Below are positions 59,536-64,000 of a stretch of DNA of 64,000 bases, in pieces; position 1 is the first letter of the stretch, and the number at the start of each line of letters is the position of its first letter. Location of the stretch: the NCBI GenBank assembly GCA_046758325.1, contig JBHHZZ010000005.1, forward strand, positions 150 to 64,149. The letters are read 5' to 3'. The stretch comes from Thermoplasmata archaeon (lineage in GTDB: Archaea > Thermoplasmatota > Thermoplasmata > RBG-16-68-12 > JAJISG01). The notes beneath the pieces are model-generated. The model saw nothing but the letters and a program-made list of their open reading frames with translations, did no database searches and was not told the DNA's origin. The translations under genes were made by a program, and so were the position numbers.

Positions 59536-60663
59536 CTACAGGATTAGGTTCTCGACCACGGAGGCAACGATGTCCATAGCCCTTTCTATCATCTCCAAGG
59601 AGTTGGCGTAGGAGAAGCGCAGGTGACCCTCGCCCATCTTCCCGAAAGCTGAGCCGGGACTGCAGATGACCCCTGCCTTGAGCAGGCGGAAGGCTAGATC
59701 CTCCGACGTGACTGGATGGGTGCTGGAGGGGAAGGCGTAGAAGGCTCCATCAGGTCTGGGACAACGGAAACCCGGGGTCTCGTTGAGCCTCTTGACAATC
59801 CGGTCCCTTCTCTCTCGAAACTTCGCCACCATGTCCTCCACATAGTCCATGGAGCCCTGTAGCCCCACCAGGACGGCATGTTGCGCAGGCGTCGGCGGGC
59901 ACGCCACCATGAAGTAGTGGACCTTGGACATCGTCTCCACATATTCCTCTGGAGCGATGAGGTATCCCAGCCTCCACCCGGTCACGGCGAAGACCTTGGA
60001 GAAGGAGTTGACGTAGATGAGGTTATCCATCTTCCCGAGGAAACTGTGGTGCCCCTTCTCGTACACGATGGCGTCGTACACCTCATCGGAGATGAGGAGG
60101 AGCTGGTTCTCCTCGGCAAACTCCGCGACGGCTTCCACTTCCCGCTCCCCCATAACCGACCCCGTGGGATTCGAGGGCGTATTCACGATGAGGGCCTTGG
60201 TCCTCGATGTCACCAAGTCCTGGAGAATCTCGACCCTCGGGATGAATCCCTCCTCTTCCAGGAGGGGGTAGAAGACCGGGGTTCCGCCGGCGAGGCGAAC
60301 GTGAGGGGCGAAGAGGACGAATCCGGGATCGGGAACCAAGACCTCGTCCCCCCGATCGATGAAGGTCTGCATCGTGAGGTAGAGAGCCTCTGTGGCTCCC
60401 GTAGTTACGAGGACGTTGCCTTCTCTGACTCCTGCCTGGGACGAGTGTCTCTCCGCCAACGTCCGCCTGAGTTCTGGCAGACCTCCGGTAGGACCATACT
60501 TGTTGTGCCCGCTGTCGAGAGCCTCCTTCATGGCCTTCAGGACATGAGGGGGCGGTGGAACGTCAGGTTCACCCAGGCCCAGGTTGATGGCATCGAACCC
60601 GGCCAGGTCGAACATCTTCCTGATACCGGACATCTTGAGTCCACGGGCCCGTGGGGCAAACAT
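59536..60663 (-). CDS. PLP-dependent aminotransferase class I/II
   Basis: GLGEPD, NTPSNPTG, DEVY, SFSKVFAVTGWRLG. Confidence 0.92.
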   Translation of the reverse strand: MFAPRARGLKMSGIRKMFDLAGFDAINLGLGEPDVPPPPHVLKAMKEALDSGHNKYGPTGGLPELRRTLAERHSSQAGVREGNVLVTTGATEALYLTMQTFIDRGDEVLVPDPGFVLFAPHVRLAGGTPVFYPLLEEEGFIPRVEILQDLVTSRTKALIVNTPSNPTGSVMGEREVEAVAEFAEENQLLLISDEVYDAIVYEKGHHSFLGKMDNLIYVNSFSKVFAVTGWRLGYLIAPEEYVETMSKVHYFMVACPPTPAQHAVLVGLQGSMDYVEDMVAKFRERRDRIVKRLNETPGFRCPRPDGAFYAFPSSTHPVTSEDLAFRLLKAGVICSPGSAFGKMGEGHLRFSYANSLEMIERAMDIVASVVENLIL

Positions 60664-60873
60664 AGATGATGATGCTTGGCACACAATTTTAAGGCTTCGA
60701 GACACACTTTGGCAGGGTCCTCGACAGAAAAGGCCTCGCCCCCAAGGTCCGGAGGTCTGTTCGGGCCGAGGCCAGGCAGGCGTCGACAGAGCAGCCGATG
60801 TACTCATCAGGGGTCGCTTCCGGGAAATGCAGCGCTACATCTTTTTGTAGGTGAAGCATATGGGCCAGGGAGG

Positions 60874-61140
60874 ATGACCGACAGGTGCCCTAGGTGCCGG
60901 AACAGTATCGATAACCCCAAGAGCCTGACCTGCCCCACCTGCGGTTACTCTCTGAGACTGCCTTTGGTGGGGAAGATAGGGGCAGCCTTGGTGATCGGTG
61001 GCCTCATCTCCTTCCTCCTCGCAATCTTCTACGGGGAGATGTGGATGGACATCCTCCTGGCCGGCATCAGCGCCATCACCGCCGGGATGGCCGCCCTCTT
61101 TGCATCTGGATGGATGCTCGGACGGGCGGGCCGAACTTAG
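60874..61140 (+). CDS. Small zinc-ribbon membrane protein
   Basis: CPRC...CPTCG followed by two TMs; GGAGG before the ATG. Confidence 0.7.
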   Translation: MTDRCPRCRNSIDNPKSLTCPTCGYSLRLPLVGKIGAALVIGGLISFLLAIFYGEMWMDILLAGISAITAGMAALFASGWMLGRAGRT

Positions 61141-64000
61141 AGGAAGTCCTCCAGCTTGGCAACCTGTTTACTCTCATCCTGGAACGTGGACTCTATGGCC
61201 TCCTCCACGAGTTCGATCCTCTGCCGGAGGTAAGCCGAAACTCCGTACTCCTCGGAGATCCTCTTGGATACCTCCAGGTACTTGATGACGCTGCTCCGGT
61301 GCACAGTCAACGTCAGATTTCCGCCACAGCCGAGGCACTTGCCTTTCAGCGGAATCCGTCGGTACTTTGCGTTGCACTTGGTGCATCGGAACTGCTGGCT
61401 TGTGAAAGCCTTCAGGTTCCCGATAAGGTCTGGTAGAAAATGATGAGTCACGATCCTGGCCACCACATCCTCCGCGTCCACCGCCCTTATCTTGTCGGCC
61501 AACGCCAGCTGCCCCTCCATCTTGGAGACCATGTTCCCTTCCTTGTAGGAGGACAGGAGGGGAGCATTCGCCACCCCGTCCACCTCGTGGGTGTACCCAA
61601 AGCCCTCAAACTGCAGTACCGTGCCGATCCGCTTCGCCACAGTATCTATGAGTTCCTCCACCTCCCGGGGATGGGTGAAGCGCTCCGCCGCCTCGTACAT
61701 CTCCAGGGGGAGGGAGGAACATACCTCCATGTTCTGAGCCTCCTTGTCGATTTCCCTGGGATCGATCCTCGTGCTGAGGACCAGGGGTGCATCCATGAGC
61801 CCTCCTCGCTTCTCCGGCAGGAACTCCCGGCTGAAGTTGAGGAGGCCGTCTAGGAGGAGGATGACGGAGTCCTCGTCGCCGTCGGCGTCCCTCCTCTTGG
61901 CGGCGTGGAAGAAGGGATGGGCGAAGCAGACCCGGGCTGGGCAGAGGCCGATGATCCGGCCGAGGACCCCCACGGAGGTGTGGGGAGCAAGCCCCACGAC
62001 CAGCCGCCCGATGAGGTCCCCCGCGGACTGGAGGTTGTAGAAGGCCTCCATGTCGTAGACCTTGACCAGGAGGTCGTCCACGAATCGGGCGACCCGCAGC
62101 ATGTACTCCCCGCAGGCGCTGGAGACCACGATGTCCTGGGGCTTGAGCTCCAGCAACTGCTCCTCCCTCTCCAGGGGACGACCCTCTACGTCCTTGGCGT
62201 ACCCGAGCTGCCTGCCCCTCTCCACGCTGAGCCCTACCTCCACTGGCCTGAAGTGAGTCAGGGGCAGGTTAGTCATGTCGAACCGGGTGGTCCCGTCCTT
62301 GAAGACGAAGATGCCATGCTTGGCCCGCAGCAGGGCCTTCTCCAGCGGCTCCGGCGTCTTGTTACGGGATATCATGCCTTTGACGAGCTTCACGCCTTGA
62401 ATCCTGCCCTCCTCCAGGGAGGCGGTGGCCTGGCTGTGGAGCTCCCTCAGGGGGATAGGTTGCTCCACCACCTTGCCTAGAGGGGTCGTGTGGCCGCCGC
62501 ACGGACACAGCGGCAGAAACCAGGACTTGCCACAGCTCTCGCACCTCCTGATACCGACCTCGGCTACGACCCTGTCCCTCTCCAGGGCCTTGCTCAGGAG
62601 CCTCTGGGACCCGCCGTTGCCGCCTATGGGGAAGAGGCCGTGGGGTGGCGGCTTCATGAGCCTCTCCTTCGCCTTCTCAGGCCGTCCCATCCTCGCCCCA
62701 ATCCTCGTGGGAGCCCTGGCCTTGACGCGGATGCCCGAGAGGCGCGAGACGTATTCCAGGGGCGAGGAGGCCTCCACATCTTCCTCCAGGCGGAGGCCAT
62801 CCTCGGCAACCCCTATTCCCAGGCACCTCAGCAGGGCCTGAGAGTGGCGACCCACCTTGAGTCCACCCCCGTCGTGAACAAAGGGTGCTCCCAGCTCCAC
62901 CAGCAGCGTGATGATATCCTCGCCATCGGGAAGGCGCAGATGATCGTCCACCATGCTGCCGTTCTCAGCTACGAGTCGCCTCAGGCGCCTCAGCTCCTCC
63001 ACGGATAGGTCGTGCCAGAAGAGGTTGTAGCGGGGGTGCAGCGGTATGCCGTAGGTCTCGGAGAGTTCGACGACCTCCTCAAAGGTCGGCCTGGCCCAGT
63101 TCTCCGGCAGCTTTCCTGCTGCCTTCTCAATCTCGGCCCGGTACCAATCGAGGCCGTAGGCACAGGGGATCAACGGGTGGTTGTTTTCGAGGAACTCGCC
63201 GAAGGCCACGAGGATCTCTCCCAGGTCGACGATGGTCTTCACCTTCGGCCGTAGACGCTCAGCCTCCTCCAGGGTGTTGACTTCCACCAGACTGCCGTCC
63301 TTGAGCAGGACGATGGGCCCTTCTATGGAGGTGCACGGAGCCACCGCACCCGCCTTCCCAGGCCTCTCCACCTTGATTTGCGTGCCCACGGCGATGAACT
63401 CGTCCAGGAGGAACATGGTGGCCGGATGCAGACCGAGGGCCGCAAGACCCGTTGCCCTGGACCTGCCGTACCTCAAGCGGAAGCCCCCCTTGCGACTCGG
63501 ATGGGCCAGCACGGGCCTCCCAGCCAGGATGTTCTGTATGAACTTGTAGCTGGGCTCGAGGCCGGCCTCCTCCTCCCCTCCTTTCCACGTCTTCAGGTAC
63601 TCCTCCAGGAAGTCCCACCCATCTATGCCCAGCTTGCGAACGTGCTTCAGGATCTTAGGGGCCTTGAGACAGAGGCCCTCCGCGATGACCAGGCAGGCAC
63701 CGCCTCGAATCCGGTTGGTCTCCACCCTGGACAGGTCCCTGTGGCCGCTTATCTCCTCCTCCTCCGTGCCTTCCCCGTTGACAGATACGGGGCAGTGGCT
63801 CACCACCAGCTCTATCTCCTCCTCCGTGGGCGTGTATTGGAGGTGTTGAAGCCGCCTGTAGACTGGAATCTCCTCCTTGAACCGCTCCACCTCCTCCCTC
63901 GTCGCCGTGTAGGCTCCCATGCCTAGCTCCCGTCGAACCACGTCGGCGATCAGGACGCTCAGGGCCTGGGCCGTTCCTCCGGCCGATCGTATGGGCCCCG
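61137..64000 (-). CDS. polC: DNA polymerase D large subunit DP2, 5' end outside the window
   Basis: GGFRLRYGRSR, RMGRPEK, LAPHTS, catalytic DGDED, C-terminal CTKC...CLGC zinc finger. Confidence 0.97.
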   Translation of the reverse strand, partial: GPIRSAGGTAQALSVLIADVVRRELGMGAYTATREEVERFKEEIPVYRRLQHLQYTPTEEEIELVVSHCPVSVNGEGTEEEEISGHRDLSRVETNRIRGGACLVIAEGLCLKAPKILKHVRKLGIDGWDFLEEYLKTWKGGEEEAGLEPSYKFIQNILAGRPVLAHPSRKGGFRLRYGRSRATGLAALGLHPATMFLLDEFIAVGTQIKVERPGKAGAVAPCTSIEGPIVLLKDGSLVEVNTLEEAERLRPKVKTIVDLGEILVAFGEFLENNHPLIPCAYGLDWYRAEIEKAAGKLPENWARPTFEEVVELSETYGIPLHPRYNLFWHDLSVEELRRLRRLVAENGSMVDDHLRLPDGEDIITLLVELGAPFVHDGGGLKVGRHSQALLRCLGIGVAEDGLRLEEDVEASSPLEYVSRLSGIRVKARAPTRIGARMGRPEKAKERLMKPPPHGLFPIGGNGGSQRLLSKALERDRVVAEVGIRRCESCGKSWFLPLCPCGGHTTPLGKVVEQPIPLRELHSQATASLEEGRIQGVKLVKGMISRNKTPEPLEKALLRAKHGIFVFKDGTTRFDMTNLPLTHFRPVEVGLSVERGRQLGYAKDVEGRPLEREEQLLELKPQDIVVSSACGEYMLRVARFVDDLLVKVYDMEAFYNLQSAGDLIGRLVVGLAPHTSVGVLGRIIGLCPARVCFAHPFFHAAKRRDADGDEDSVILLLDGLLNFSREFLPEKRGGLMDAPLVLSTRIDPREIDKEAQNMEVCSSLPLEMYEAAERFTHPREVEELIDTVAKRIGTVLQFEGFGYTHEVDGVANAPLLSSYKEGNMVSKMEGQLALADKIRAVDAEDVVARIVTHHFLPDLIGNLKAFTSQQFRCTKCNAKYRRIPLKGKCLGCGGNLTLTVHRSSVIKYLEVSKRISEEYGVSAYLRQRIELVEEAIESTFQDESKQVAKLEDFL

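Noticed and set aside
60680..60860. Intergenic GC-rich segment as possible SRP or RNase P RNA
   Set aside because: Too short and lacks the conserved SRP helix 8 and RNase P P4 motifs
61860..61905. Possible intein at the DP2 catalytic motif; RtcB also checked
   Set aside because: RRDADGDEDS is contiguous and RtcB is normal length; no intein

Overview
GC-rich archaeal chromosome segment, most consistent with an uncultured Thermoplasmata lineage. The placement is inferred from PolD DP2, aIF5A, Nop5, Spt5, zinc-containing ferredoxin, a single-OB SSB and tandem ftsZ ahead of secE-spt5-rpl11. Core genes include mtnA, nop5, trxA, eif5a-speB, rtcB, nnr, ftsZ-ftsZ-secE-spt5-rpl11 // rpl1-rpl10-rpl12, RaSEA, DP2, tRNA-Val(CAC) and an intron-containing tRNA-Thr(TGT). 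The most unusual feature is a gene fusing a ribbon-helix-helix DNA-binding domain to a remodelled 20S proteasome alpha subunit (16558-17277). Next is a probable MerR/CsoR-independent metal-response system: two Cys-bearing HxlR regulators share a similar upstream box. One is divergent from an unannotated CxCGCGCPCC peptide next to merB, the other from a P1B-ATPase with a non-canonical YPC motif, and a ~30% Met protein lies nearby. Other notable features are an Ig-like domain fused to Spt5, a 1212-aa surface glycoside-hydrolase-like gene splitting rpl11 from rpl1 (rpl1 has its own putative L1-binding leader), and two zfx copies that are identical except for their last codons. Several ORFs under 60 aa are missing from the supplied track. 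All family calls come from motif recognition by eye; no database searches were run.
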